A stretch of DNA of 32,068 nt from Omnitrophica WOR_2 bacterium RIFCSPHIGHO2_02_FULL_67_20 (GTDB lineage: Bacteria > Omnitrophota > Gorgyraeia > Aquiviventales > Aquiviventaceae), in NCBI GenBank assembly GCA_001805695.1, contig MHGT01000007.1:19001-51068 (forward strand), given 5' to 3'. Of this stretch, positions 11,972 through 21,754 are shown in pieces. A program made the translations under genes and the position numbers. Position 1 is the first letter of the stretch, and each line of letters begins with the position of its first letter. Below the pieces are notes generated by a model. It had not been told where the DNA came from. It saw only the letters and a list, made by a program, of their open reading frames with translations, and ran no database searches.

Positions 11972-13642
11972 ATGAAGCGAGTCGGATGGGTGCTCGTGGC
12001 GGTGAGCGTGTGGGGTGTCTCCGCCGCTCGTACGGGCGCGGAGACCATCAGCGCGGAGTCGAAGATCACGGCGGTGACGGTGTTCCCGGACCGGGCCGGC
12101 GTGACGCGGCAGGCCACGCTCACCCTGTCCAAGGGCCAGCACACCGTTGCGCTCTCGCCCCTGCCGAGCGGCATCGAGCCGTCCTCCCTGAGCGCCAGAG
12201 GCGCCGGCGAGGCCGAGGTGACGCTCTACGGCGTTCGGCTCGTGACCACGGAGCGCGAGACGGCTCAGGATCCCAAGGTCGAGCAGCTCGAGGACGGCAT
12301 CCGGGACACCCTGCGCAAGCAGCAGCAGCTGCGCAACACCAAGCAGGTCCTAGCGCAGGAGCGGGAGTACCTCGAGTCGATCCACGCCGCGTCGAGCCAG
12401 CAGATCGGCAAGGACCTCATCACGAAATCGCCGAGCGCCTCGGATGCCGCGGCCCTCTTGGCCTTCCTCGACGAGTCGATGCTGAAGACCTTTGAGCGCG
12501 ACCAAAAGGCCGATGAAGAGCTCGAAACACTCGGCCGCGAGCTGGATAAGCTCCAGCGGGAGCTTTCCCGCCTCACCGAGGGCCGGCGCCGGCAGGAAAC
12601 CGCCGTCCTCGTGGAGCTGGAGGCGAGCAAGTCGGGGTCGTTCCGCCTGGAGGTGTCCTACCGGGTCCCCGGCGCCGCATGGGAGCCGGCCTACGAGGCC
12701 CGCGCCTCCGGCGGGTCCGACGAAGTGGAGCTGGCGACCGCCGGGATGGTGCGCCAGCAGACGGGCGAAGATTGGACCGATGTCCTCCTCACCCTCTCGA
12801 CCGCGCGGCCGGCGCTCGCGGGGTCGATGCCGGAGCTCGAACCGTGGTTCCTGAGGCCGTGGGAGCCGGTCGCGTTCGAACGGAAGGCGCGCCTGATGGC
12901 CGCCTCGGCGCCGGCGAGATCTGAAATGGCCATGGGCCAGCTTCAGGAGGGGGCGCCGGCCGAACAACCGGCGAGGGAGCAGGAAGGTCGGGTCGCCTAC
13001 GCGACGGTGGAAGCGGCCGGCCCCTCCGTGACGTTCCGCCTGCCCCGGCCCGCGTCCGTCCCGTCCGACTGGCAGCCCCACAAGGTGCCTGTCGCGTCGG
13101 CCCGGTTTCCGGCGGAGCTGGCGTACGAAACGACCCCCAGGCGGCTGCCGTACGCGTTCCTGCGCGCCAAGGTCACCAACACGAGCGAGGCACTCTACCT
13201 GCCCGGGACGGTGTCGGTCTTCCTCGATGGCACGTTCGTGGCGACCTCGGCGCTGAAGCAGGTCGCACCCGGCGAGTCGTTCGACCTCTACCTCGGCGTC
13301 GATGAGCGCGTGACGGTCGAGCGCAAGACGCTCAAGGAGCGCGTGGAGGTGAGCCTCCTGCCGGGGCTGCGCGGCAAGACCAAGTCTACCGACTACGAGT
13401 TCCTCACCATCATCGAAAACTTCACCGGGCGGCGCGTCAGCGTGACGGTGTTCGACCAGGTGCCGGTGTCGGAGCGCGAGGAGATCGTGGTCGAGTCGGT
13501 CCGCCAGGAGCCGGCTGCGGTCGAGAAGGACGAGGAGAAGCCGGGCGTCTTCCATTGGCAGCTGGACCTTGCCCCGAACCAGAAAGAGGAGCTCCGGCTG
13601 TCCTACCGCGTCAAGCACCCGGTGGAGATGCAAATTCAATAA
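11972..13642 (+). CDS. Secreted DUF4140/DUF4139 (MuiA-like) protein
   Basis: Signal peptide, ITAVTVFPDRAGVTR, coiled coil, W.P.YEAR, QQTGEDW..V.LTLSTARP, LYLGVD; GGAGG RBS. Confidence 0.92.
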   Translation: MKRVGWVLVAVSVWGVSAARTGAETISAESKITAVTVFPDRAGVTRQATLTLSKGQHTVALSPLPSGIEPSSLSARGAGEAEVTLYGVRLVTTERETAQDPKVEQLEDGIRDTLRKQQQLRNTKQVLAQEREYLESIHAASSQQIGKDLITKSPSASDAAALLAFLDESMLKTFERDQKADEELETLGRELDKLQRELSRLTEGRRRQETAVLVELEASKSGSFRLEVSYRVPGAAWEPAYEARASGGSDEVELATAGMVRQQTGEDWTDVLLTLSTARPALAGSMPELEPWFLRPWEPVAFERKARLMAASAPARSEMAMGQLQEGAPAEQPAREQEGRVAYATVEAAGPSVTFRLPRPASVPSDWQPHKVPVASARFPAELAYETTPRRLPYAFLRAKVTNTSEALYLPGTVSVFLDGTFVATSALKQVAPGESFDLYLGVDERVTVERKTLKERVEVSLLPGLRGKTKSTDYEFLTIIENFTGRRVSVTVFDQVPVSEREEIVVESVRQEPAAVEKDEEKPGVFHWQLDLAPNQKEELRLSYRVKHPVEMQIQ

Positions 13643-13651
13643 AGGCGTTCT

Positions 13652-13709
13652 GGGTTGGGGGTTCAGGGTTGGGGGCACGCCCCGAACCCCGAACCCTGAA
13701 CCCCGAACC
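13652..13709. repeat. Inverted heptamer arrays (GGGTTNG/GGGTTCA versus CCCGAAC x4)
   Basis: gggttgg gggttca gggttgg ... cccgaac cccgaac cctgaac cccgaac; same unit family as 5519-5583. Confidence 0.85.
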
Positions 13710-13716
13710 GAGTCTG

Positions 13717-14220
13717 ATGGCGCAAGATCATAGCTTTGATTTCGTCTCGAAGGTCAACATGCAGGAGTTCCGCAACGCGCTCCAGCAAGCGCAGCGGGAA
13801 ATCAGCACCCGGTTCGACTTCAAGGGCAGCAGCGCCGCGGTGGTCTTCGAGGACGCGCAATCGCCGCCCCTCCTGAAGGTCACGGCGGACAACCACGCCC
13901 AGCTCTTCAGCGTGGTGGACGTGGTGCACGGCAAGCTCGCCAAGCGCGGCGTCCCGCTGGCTGCGCTCTCGTGGAAGGAGCCCGAGCAGCTGCCGGGCGG
14001 CTCGATGAAACGGCACGCAGCACTCCAGCAGGGCATCTCTTCCGACCAGGCACGAGAGATCGTGAAAGCGATCAAGGATCTGGGGCTGAAGGTTCAGCCG
14101 CGCATCGAGGGCGATGCCGTCCGCGTGTCGGGGAAGCAGCTCGATGACCTGCAGGCGGTGGTCCAGACGGTCACGCAGCGCTCGTTCGGCATTCCGATTC
14201 AAGCGGAGAACTACCGGTGA
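13717..14220 (+). CDS. yajQ: YajQ family nucleotide/c-di-GMP-binding protein
   Basis: SFDFVSKV, RFDFKGS, LQQGI, VRVSGKQLDDLQ, ENYR end. Confidence 0.95.
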   Translation: MAQDHSFDFVSKVNMQEFRNALQQAQREISTRFDFKGSSAAVVFEDAQSPPLLKVTADNHAQLFSVVDVVHGKLAKRGVPLAALSWKEPEQLPGGSMKRHAALQQGISSDQAREIVKAIKDLGLKVQPRIEGDAVRVSGKQLDDLQAVVQTVTQRSFGIPIQAENYR

Positions 14221-14225
14221 AGAAG

Positions 14226-14312
14226 AGTCCATAGTCCGCAGTCCGCAGTTCGTAGCCGGATCTGTTCGAGGGACAGTCTTGGCTACGGTCTACGGACTAT
14301 CGACTACGGACT
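14226..14312. repeat. Inverted heptamer arrays (AGTCCGN x4 / GACTACG x4)
   Basis: agtccat agtccgc agtccgc agttcgt ... ggctacg gtctacg gactatc gactacg. Confidence 0.85.
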
Positions 14313-14328
14313 AGACACGGAGGTCGGG

Positions 14329-14568
14329 ATGACGGGAGGAAAGTGTTGTGGGGTGTGCAAGGTCGTCGGGCTCCTCGTCGGCATCGGCGCCCTGAACTGG
14401 GGGCTGGTGGGAATCTTCCAGGTGGACCTCGTGGCGAAGCTGTTGGGAGACATGACCATGCCGGCCCGCATCGTCTACGGCATCATCGGGGTGGCGGGCC
14501 TGCTGAAGCTCGTCTCGCTGGTTAAGTGCTGTCCCTGCAGTTCGGGCAGCTGTCAGACCAAGTCGTAA
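14329..14568 (+). CDS. DUF378 family small membrane protein
   Basis: IGALNWGLVGIFQVDLVA, RIVYGIIGVAG; GGAGG RBS. Confidence 0.92.
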   Translation: MTGGKCCGVCKVVGLLVGIGALNWGLVGIFQVDLVAKLLGDMTMPARIVYGIIGVAGLLKLVSLVKCCPCSSGSCQTKS

Positions 14569-14580
14569 TCCTGTGATCGC

Positions 14581-15546
14581 ATGGCACATCCCATCTCCGG
14601 CTCGGGCGGCGAGATCCTGAAGCTGGGCCCGCCCGCGACGGGAACCATCGTCGTATCGGTGGACGCGCGGCGCGCGCCCTCCCCGTTCACCGCCGCGGTG
14701 CAGACGCTCTTCCCCGGGGGGGAACTGCCGGTGCACCGCTGCCGGGATTGGGATGAGGTGTGGGTGGTGCTCAAGGGGCAGGGACGCGTGACGCTGGGCG
14801 AGGGTGTGAGCACGACGGTCGTGCACGGTGCGGTGCTCTCCGTCCCGCGGCAGACGTGGTTCGGCCTGCGCAACACCGGCAACGGGCCGCTCCAGGCGGT
14901 GGTGGTGTCAGCACCCGCCGGCGCGGACGGGCTCTTCCGGGAACTCGCCCAACTCGGCCACACACCGGACCCCGCGGCCGTCCAGCAGATCGCTGGGCGC
15001 TACGGGGTTGAGCTCCGCCCAGCCGCGCCCGCGCAGGCCGCGCGACCGGAGAGAGGCGGGCGATCTCGGCGGCGCCGGGGCGGGGGGCGAGGGCGGGGCA
15101 GATCGCACCCCGCGTCGGCACAGCCCCAGGCCGCACCACAGCCGGCGCTTCCACCGCCACCGGCCGTGTCCGTTGTCCGGCCGGTTCAGGGAACTGGCGC
15201 GGCGGTCCAGCAGCTGGCCGGTCAGGGCGGGGGCCGCCATCGCCGGCGGCGCAGAGGCGGGCGGGGTCGGGGTGAGGGTCGGAAACCGGCGGTGACGCCA
15301 CCATCCGCACTGCCGTCTCAGGGGCAGAAGCCCCAGCCCTCAGCGCCTCAGCCGTCCGGGTCCGGGCGCTCAAAGAAGCGGGACGGGCGCCGCCGCTCCC
15401 GCCACGTGAAGGAAGTGTACATGGGCGGGAAGTGGGTCCAGGTGTCGGGGGAAGGCCCGGTGATTGCGTCCAGCGACTCCGGCAGGGAGCGCCATCGTCA
15501 AGTGGACGATGACGGCCCCGGCGGCCCGCTCTCCGTATCGCTCTAG
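14581..15546 (+). CDS. Cupin-domain protein with long Arg/Gly/Pro-rich tail
   Basis: PVHRC..WDEVWVVLKGQG, G.VLSVPR, RNTG..PL...VV..PAG...LFREL. Confidence 0.75.
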   Translation: MAHPISGSGGEILKLGPPATGTIVVSVDARRAPSPFTAAVQTLFPGGELPVHRCRDWDEVWVVLKGQGRVTLGEGVSTTVVHGAVLSVPRQTWFGLRNTGNGPLQAVVVSAPAGADGLFRELAQLGHTPDPAAVQQIAGRYGVELRPAAPAQAARPERGGRSRRRRGGGRGRGRSHPASAQPQAAPQPALPPPPAVSVVRPVQGTGAAVQQLAGQGGGRHRRRRRGGRGRGEGRKPAVTPPSALPSQGQKPQPSAPQPSGSGRSKKRDGRRRSRHVKEVYMGGKWVQVSGEGPVIASSDSGRERHRQVDDDGPGGPLSVSL

Positions 15547-15565
15547 GTCCGCCAAGCGTCGTCTC

Positions 15566-15678
15566 GGGTGAACCCCGTACCACGGCCTGACGGCCGTGGC
15601 CTCCTGAGATTCCCTTCGGGTTGACCACCATTCCTCCCCGCCCTGACGGGCGGGGCTTCCCCGTGGTACGGGGTGAAC
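15566..15678. mobile_element. Short non-coding palindromic element (MITE/PATE-like)
   Basis: Perfect 14-bp IR ACCCCGTACCACGG / CCGTGGTACGGGGT, two 8-bp hairpins with TGAC loops, and GGGTGAAC at both ends. Confidence 0.6.
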
Positions 15679-15761
15679 GTCACCCGGGTAACGTTTACCC
15701 GTATATAGATGCCGGATGCAGGACCCAAGACCTGAGTCTGGCGTCCTGCGTCCTGTTGAAC

Positions 15762-17201
15762 ATGGACCCTGTGAAAGCAGACATTGTTGTCATCGGCGCC
15801 GGTCCCGGCGGATACGCTGCCGCATTCTACGCGGCGGATAAAGGCCGCCGGGTCATCCTCGTGGAGCAGGACGCGCGGCTGGGGGGTGTGTGCCTCAACC
15901 GCGGGTGCATTCCTTCCAAGGCGCTTCTCCACGCGACCGAGCTCATGCGGGAGGCCAAGGAGCTGAGCAGCGCACGCGGCATCACTTTTGGCGAGCCCTC
16001 CGTCAGCCTGGAAAAGCTCCGCGCCTGGAAGGAGTCCGTCCTCGCCAAGCTGGCGGGGGGCATCGGCACGCTGGCGAAGGCGCGCGGGGTGCAGATTCTC
16101 CATGGGCGCGGCCACTTCGAGGACTCCACGACCCTGCGCGTCGAAACGTCGGAGGGGCAGAAGTTCCTCACCTATCAGACCGCCATCATCGCCGTCGGCT
16201 CGAAGCCGGCGATGCCCCAGGCGTTCGATGTGGGCAACCCGCGGATCATGACCTCTACCGAGGCGCTGGACCTTGCGGAGATCCCGAAGGACCTCCTCGT
16301 CGTCGGCGGCGGCTACATCGGCTTGGAGCTTGGCACCGTGTTTGCGACGCTGGGCAGCCGCATCGTGCTCGCCGAGGCGCTGGACTCCATCTTGATGGGG
16401 CTCGACGCCGATCTGGCCCGTCCGGTCCTGCGGTACGCGCAGACACACTTCAAGGAGGTGCGCCTGGGTGCGAAGGTGCTCAAGATGGCCACGAGTAGTC
16501 AACAGATCAAGGTGACGTTCGAGGCGGGGAACGCCCAGAAGGGCGAGCTCTACGACCGGGTCCTGGTCGCCGTCGGGCGCACCCCCAACTGCGCGAACTT
16601 GGGGCTGGAGAATACGAAGGCCGCGCGGAACGAGCGGGGCTTCATCAGGGTCAACGCGCAGCAGCAGACGGACGACCCCGCCATCTACGCCATCGGGGAC
16701 GTCGTCGGCGGCGCCATGCTCGCCCACAAGGCCTCGAAGGAGGCGCGCGTCGCGGTCGAGGTCATCACCGGCGAATCGAGCGCCTTTGAGCGGATCACCA
16801 TCCCGGCGGTCGTCTTCACCGACCCCGAGGTGGCCTGGTGCGGCCTCACCGAGTCCGAGGCCCGGGCGAGGGGGATCGCCGTCGAGGTGGCCAAGTATCC
16901 GTGGTCCGCCTCTGGCCGGGCGCTCTGTCTGGACCGGACGGACGGGCTGACCAAGCTGGTGATCGAGCCGAAGACGGAGCGGATCCTGGGCGTGGGCCTG
17001 GTCGGTGTGCGCGCCGGCGAGCTCATCGGCGAAGGAGTGCTCGCCATCGAGATGGGCGCCACCGCCAAGGACCTAGCCGAGTCGGTTCACCCGCACCCGA
17101 CGCTCTCCGAGACGCTCATGGAGGCGGCGGAGCTCTTCTACGGCACCTCCACCCACGCGCTCTCGCGCCGCCGCCCCAAACCTGCCCAGGCGGAGCGGTG
17201 A
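15762..17201 (+). CDS. lpdA: Dihydrolipoyl dehydrogenase
   Basis: GAGPGGY, GGVCLNRGCIPSK, GGGYIGLE, AIGD, LAHKA, HPHPTLSE. Confidence 0.97.
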   Translation: MDPVKADIVVIGAGPGGYAAAFYAADKGRRVILVEQDARLGGVCLNRGCIPSKALLHATELMREAKELSSARGITFGEPSVSLEKLRAWKESVLAKLAGGIGTLAKARGVQILHGRGHFEDSTTLRVETSEGQKFLTYQTAIIAVGSKPAMPQAFDVGNPRIMTSTEALDLAEIPKDLLVVGGGYIGLELGTVFATLGSRIVLAEALDSILMGLDADLARPVLRYAQTHFKEVRLGAKVLKMATSSQQIKVTFEAGNAQKGELYDRVLVAVGRTPNCANLGLENTKAARNERGFIRVNAQQQTDDPAIYAIGDVVGGAMLAHKASKEARVAVEVITGESSAFERITIPAVVFTDPEVAWCGLTESEARARGIAVEVAKYPWSASGRALCLDRTDGLTKLVIEPKTERILGVGLVGVRAGELIGEGVLAIEMGATAKDLAESVHPHPTLSETLMEAAELFYGTSTHALSRRRPKPAQAER

Positions 17202-17229
17202 TGAGCGCGCGCATCCTCGAAAAATAGGC

Positions 17230-17278
17230 TTGACAAGCTTGGGGAATATTCAATATACTTTATCCATAGGATTAATAG
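17230..17278 (+). promoter_or_regulatory. Sigma70 promoter with candidate Rrf2 operator
   Basis: TTGACA (17230-35), 18 bp, TATACT (17254-59); CCAT-N7-ATAG at 17264-78. Confidence 0.75.
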
Positions 17279-17281
17279 TCT

Positions 17282-17749
17282 ATGCAGATGCTTTCGAAGA
17301 AGTCCAAGTACGCGCTCCGAGCGCTCCTCGCGCTGGCCAGACGGCCGAGCGAGGGGCCGGTCCTCATTTCCGAGCTGGCCGAGCAGGAGGGCATTCCCAA
17401 GAAGTTCCTTGAGCTCATCCTGCTCGAGCTGAAGAACAACGGTATCCTCCAGAGCAAGAAGGGCAAGGGAGGCGGCTACTTCCTCGGCCGGAAGCCGGAC
17501 GCGATCAGCTTAGGAGAGGTGATCCGCGTGCTCGACGGTCCGCTCGCCCCGCTGCCGTGCGTCAGCCAGACCGCCTACCACGCGTGCGAGGAGTGCGGGG
17601 ATGAGGCGACCTGCGGCATCCGAGCCGTCATGAAGGATGTCCGGGATGCCACATCCACCATCCTTGACCGCGAGAGCCTGGCCGACGTGCTCAGGCGGAC
17701 GGAGCGGCTGCAGCAAGAGAAGAAGAAGGTGTTGGTGTACGCCATCTGA
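17282..17749 (+). CDS. Rrf2 family transcriptional regulator
   Basis: [22 protein letters not shown]...[11 protein letters not shown]...AYHACEEC...C. Start is 17282 or 17288. Confidence 0.95.
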   Translation: MQMLSKKSKYALRALLALARRPSEGPVLISELAEQEGIPKKFLELILLELKNNGILQSKKGKGGGYFLGRKPDAISLGEVIRVLDGPLAPLPCVSQTAYHACEECGDEATCGIRAVMKDVRDATSTILDRESLADVLRRTERLQQEKKKVLVYAI

Positions 17750-17760
17750 TTTTTGTCCTC

Positions 17761-17795
17761 ATTACTCTACTAATAGAATAGGGAATATAGACTAT
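17761..17795 (+). promoter_or_regulatory. AT-rich candidate Rrf2 operator upstream of sbp
   Basis: CTAC-N7-ATAG at 17767-81, same geometry as the site upstream of the regulator. Confidence 0.5.
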
Positions 17796-18827
17796 ATGAC
17801 AAGACGGCTGGTGTTGGGAGCGCTCGTGGTGGTGATGGTTGCCGTAGCTGGAGGGGTCCTCAACGCGCGCTCTGACGTCGCTCTTAAAGAGCAGACGCTG
17901 TTGAACGTCTCCTACGACCCCACGCGGGAGCTGTATCAGGAGTACAACGCGGCCTTCGCCAAGCACTGGAAGGGGAAGACCGGGGAGGACGTGAAGATCG
18001 AGCAGTCGCACAGCGGCTCCAGCAAGCAGGCCCGCGCGGTCATTGACGGGCTGGAGGCCGACGTCGTGACGCTGGCACTGGCCTACGACATCGACGCCAT
18101 CGCCGGGAAATCCGGGCTGCTGCCGAAGGACTGGCAGAGCCAGCTGCCGCGCCGCAGCGCGCCATACACCTCCACGATCGTATTCTTGGTGCGGAAGGGC
18201 AACCCGAACACCATCAAGGATTGGGACGACCTCATCCGGCCGGGTATTGCCGTCATCACCCCCAACCCGAAGACCTCAGGGGGCGCGCGCTGGAACTACC
18301 TGGCGGCGTGGGGCTACGCCTTAAAGAAGCGGGGAGGCGATGAGGCGAAGGCGAGGCAGTTCATGACGGCGCTCTACAAGAACGTGCCGGTGCTCGACTC
18401 CGGGGCGCGGGGTGCGACGACGACCTTCGTCGAGCGGGGGATCGGCGACGTCCTGATCAACTGGGAGAACGAGGTGCTGCTTGCGGTGCGGGAGTTCGGG
18501 GCGGATCGGTTCGAGCTCGTCGTTCCTTCGGTGAGCATCCTGGCCGAGCCGCCGGTGGCGGTGGTGGACGCGGTGGCGGAGCAGCACGGCACGCTTGAGC
18601 TGGCCCGGGCGTATGTGGACTACCTGTACTCTGAAGAAGGGCAGGAGATTGCGGCCAAGCACTACTACCGGCCGACGCTCGCGTCGGTGGCGGCGGCGCA
18701 CGCGGCACGGTTCCCGGCGGTGGAGCTGTTCACGATCGACGCGGTGTTCGGCGGATGGCAGAAGGCGCAGACAACCCATTTCGATGACGGCGGACTCTTC
18801 GACCAGATCTACCAGCCCGGCCGCTGA
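17796..18827 (+). CDS. sbp: Sulfate ABC transporter substrate-binding protein
   Basis: [55 protein letters not shown]. Confidence 0.96.
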   Translation: MTRRLVLGALVVVMVAVAGGVLNARSDVALKEQTLLNVSYDPTRELYQEYNAAFAKHWKGKTGEDVKIEQSHSGSSKQARAVIDGLEADVVTLALAYDIDAIAGKSGLLPKDWQSQLPRRSAPYTSTIVFLVRKGNPNTIKDWDDLIRPGIAVITPNPKTSGGARWNYLAAWGYALKKRGGDEAKARQFMTALYKNVPVLDSGARGATTTFVERGIGDVLINWENEVLLAVREFGADRFELVVPSVSILAEPPVAVVDAVAEQHGTLELARAYVDYLYSEEGQEIAAKHYYRPTLASVAAAHAARFPAVELFTIDAVFGGWQKAQTTHFDDGGLFDQIYQPGR

Positions 18828-19677
18828 CGCCGGACTCCGGGTAGCGGCGCCGGCGCGGGCCAGGCGCCGCACTATCCTGCCCGGCTTCGGCCTGACGCTC
18901 GCCTTCACGCTGGCGTATCTGAGCCTCATCGTGCTCATCCCGCTCTCCGCCACGTTCGTGAAGGCGTCAACGCTCGGCTGGGCCCAGTTCTGGCGCGTGG
19001 TGACGGAGCCGCGCTCGCTGGCCTCGTACCGGCTGAGCTTCGGCGCCTCGTTCCTGGGCGCTGCGGTGAACGCGGTCTTCGGTCTGGTCGTCGCGTGGGT
19101 GCTGGTGCGCTACCGGTTTCCAGGAAGGCGCCTGCTGGATGCGCTGGTGGACCTGCCGTTCGCGCTGCCCACGGCGGTGGCCGGCATCACCCTCACGACG
19201 CTGTGCGCGCCGGGCGGGTGGGTCGGCCGGCAGCTCGCGCCGCTCGGCATCAAGGCGGCGTTCAGCCCACTCGGCGTCGTGATCGCGCTCACGTTCATCG
19301 GGTTGCCGTTTGTCGTGCGGACCATCCAGCCGGTCCTGCAGAACCTGGACGCCGAGATCGAGGAGGCGGCCGCGAGCCTGGGTGCTAGCCGCTGGCAGAC
19401 GTGGCGGCGCGTCATCCTGCCCGAGCTGTGGCCAGCACTCCTGACCGGTATCGCACTCGCCTTCGCGCGCGCCGTGGGCGAGTACGGGTCGGTCGTCTTC
19501 ATCTCCGGCAACATGCCGATGAAAACTGAGATCACCCCGCTCCTCATCATCACCAAGCTCGACCAGTACGACTACGCGGGTGCCACCGCGATCGGTGTCT
19601 TCATGCTGGTCGTGTCCTTTGTCCTGCTGCTCGTCATCAACGTGCTCCAGTGGTGGAGCGGACGGCGGGCGGCATGA
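18784..19677 (+). CDS. cysT: Sulfate ABC transporter permease CysT (start uncertain)
   Basis: [52 protein letters not shown]. Confidence 0.95.
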   Translation: MTADSSTRSTSPAADAGLRVAAPARARRRTILPGFGLTLAFTLAYLSLIVLIPLSATFVKASTLGWAQFWRVVTEPRSLASYRLSFGASFLGAAVNAVFGLVVAWVLVRYRFPGRRLLDALVDLPFALPTAVAGITLTTLCAPGGWVGRQLAPLGIKAAFSPLGVVIALTFIGLPFVVRTIQPVLQNLDAEIEEAAASLGASRWQTWRRVILPELWPALLTGIALAFARAVGEYGSVVFISGNMPMKTEITPLLIITKLDQYDYAGATAIGVFMLVVSFVLLLVINVLQWWSGRRAA

Positions 19678-20489
19678 GGGTCACCGAACCGGCTTCAGTG
19701 CGATGGACCTTGATCGCCATCGCCGTCCTCTTTCTTGGGCTGTTTCTGGTCCTGCCGCTGGCGACGGTGTTGCTGGAGGCGTTCCGGAACGGGGCGGGGG
19801 CGTACCTTGCCGCTCTGCGCGAGCCAGAGGCGCTGGCCGCCGTCCGACTGACGCTGCTCGCGGCCGGCATCGCGGTGCCGCTCAACGTCGTCTTCGGTAT
19901 CGCCGCGGCCTGGGCCATCGCGAAGTTCGAGTTTCCGGGCAAGCAGGCGCTGATGACGCTGATCGACCTGCCGTTCTCCGTCTCGCCGGTCGTGGCCGGC
20001 CTCATCTACGTCCTGCTCTTCGGACGCCAAGGCTGGTTGGGGCCGTGGCTGGCCGCGCACGATGTGACCGTCATCTTCGCCGTGCCCGGCATCGTGCTGG
20101 CGACCCTCTTCGTGACCGTTCCCTTCGTCGCCCGGGAGCTCATCCCCGTGATGCAGGCGCAGGGAACCGAGGAGGAGGAGGCGGCCCGCGTGCTCGGCGC
20201 CGGCGGCTGGCAGACGTTCTGGCGGGTGACCATCCCCAACATCAAGTGGGGGCTGCTCTACGGCGTCATCCTCTGCAACGCGCGGGCGATGGGCGAGTTC
20301 GGCGCGGTTTCGGTGGTGTCCGGCCACATCCGCGGGCGGACCACCACGATCCCGCTCCATGTTGAAATCCTCTACAATGAGTACCACACCGCGGCCGCCT
20401 TCGCCGTCGCCTCGCTCCTGGCGCTCCTGGCGTTGGTGACCCTGATCATCAAGACGTTCGTTGAGTGGAAGGTGCAGCATGAGCATTGA
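19674..20489 (+). CDS. cysW: Sulfate ABC transporter permease CysW
   Basis: [44 protein letters not shown] coupling. Confidence 0.96.
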   Translation: MRVTEPASVRWTLIAIAVLFLGLFLVLPLATVLLEAFRNGAGAYLAALREPEALAAVRLTLLAAGIAVPLNVVFGIAAAWAIAKFEFPGKQALMTLIDLPFSVSPVVAGLIYVLLFGRQGWLGPWLAAHDVTVIFAVPGIVLATLFVTVPFVARELIPVMQAQGTEEEEAARVLGAGGWQTFWRVTIPNIKWGLLYGVILCNARAMGEFGAVSVVSGHIRGRTTTIPLHVEILYNEYHTAAAFAVASLLALLALVTLIIKTFVEWKVQHEH

Positions 20490-21564
20490 GGTCCGCAACG
20501 TCACGAAGCTCTTCGGCCATTTCGCCGCGCTGAAGGACGTCAGCCTCACGGTGCCTTCCGGCGAGCTGGTCGCCCTCCTGGGCCCCTCCGGGTCGGGGAA
20601 GACGACGCTCCTGCGCATCATCGCGGGGCTGGAAACGCCGGATGAGGGCAGCGTCCACTTCGACGGCGAGGACGCCACGGCGCGCAACCCGCGCGACCGG
20701 CGGGTCGGCTTCGTGTTCCAGCACTACGCGCTCTTCCGCCAGATGACCGTGTTCGACAACGTCGCCTTCGGCCTGCGGGTCAAGCCGCGCTTCGAGCGGC
20801 CCTCGCCGGCCAAGATCGCCGAGCGCGTGCACGAGCTCCTCGCGTTGGTGCAGCTGGAGCGGATGGCCGGCCGCTATCCGTCGCAGCTTTCCGGCGGCCA
20901 GCGCCAGCGGGTCGCCCTCGCCAGGGCGCTGGCGGTGCAGCCGAAGATCCTCCTGCTGGATGAGCCTTTCGGGGCGCTGGACGCGAAGGTCCGGCAGGAG
21001 CTGCGGCGGTGGCTGCGCCGTCTGCACGATGAGATCGGCATCACCAGCGTCTTCGTCACGCACGACCAGGATGAGGCGCTGGAGGTGGCCGACCGGGTCG
21101 CCGTCCTCCACGAGGGGCGCATCGAGCAGGAGGGCTCGCCCGAGGAGGTCTACAATCATCCCGTCTCCCCGTTCGTCTTCCACTTCCTCGGCAACGTCAA
21201 CCTCTTCCACGGGCGCATCGAGGGCGGCACGATGCATGTGGGGGAGTTCAGCCTGGAGCTGCCCAAAGGGACCCAAGCCGACGCCGCCTCCGCGGTCGCC
21301 TACGCCCGGCCCCACCTCTTGGACATCGACCACACGCCGCTACCGGGCCGGCCGCACTTCCGCGCTACGATCCGGCACATCAACGCCGCCGGCCCGGTCG
21401 TGCGGGTGGAGCTGGCGACCGGCTCGGGAGGGATCGTGCACGCGGAGCTGCCGCAGGAGCGGTACCGCGTCCTCGGGCTGCAGCGGGGGGCCGAGGTGTA
21501 CGTCAGCGTGAAGGACATGAAGGTATTCACCAGCCCCCACGGCACGTCCGGCGCCGGCATCTGA
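20479..21564 (+). CDS. cysA: Sulfate ABC transporter ATP-binding protein
   Basis: [42 protein letters not shown]-like C-terminus. Confidence 0.96.
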   Translation: MSIEVRNVTKLFGHFAALKDVSLTVPSGELVALLGPSGSGKTTLLRIIAGLETPDEGSVHFDGEDATARNPRDRRVGFVFQHYALFRQMTVFDNVAFGLRVKPRFERPSPAKIAERVHELLALVQLERMAGRYPSQLSGGQRQRVALARALAVQPKILLLDEPFGALDAKVRQELRRWLRRLHDEIGITSVFVTHDQDEALEVADRVAVLHEGRIEQEGSPEEVYNHPVSPFVFHFLGNVNLFHGRIEGGTMHVGEFSLELPKGTQADAASAVAYARPHLLDIDHTPLPGRPHFRATIRHINAAGPVVRVELATGSGGIVHAELPQERYRVLGLQRGAEVYVSVKDMKVFTSPHGTSGAGI

Positions 21565-21641
21565 ACAGAAGTAGTTGACAGTCGGATGGGGAAGCGGAGA
21601 ATGACTGTCATTAGAAGTTGTTTCATAAATCCTATGGAGGG

Positions 21642-21725
21642 GATTTCGGTGATTCCAAGAGCTGATTTCAGTGATGAGGTCCGACGGTAATCACCGTAAT
21701 CAGCTTTGAGAAATCACCGTAATCG
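21642..21725. repeat. Inverted nonamer repeats (GATTTCGGT / AATCACCGT type)
   Basis: gatttcggtgatt..gctgatttcagtgat versus aatcaccgtaatcagc..aaatcaccgtaatc, forming a long imperfect hairpin. Confidence 0.8.
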
Positions 21726-21754
21726 CTCCCAGCGAGTATTTGCGAAACCAGTTC

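Noticed and set aside
15762-17201. Orphan lpdA without E1/E2 genes as a novelty
   Set aside because: Standalone lpdA genes are common; partners may lie elsewhere.
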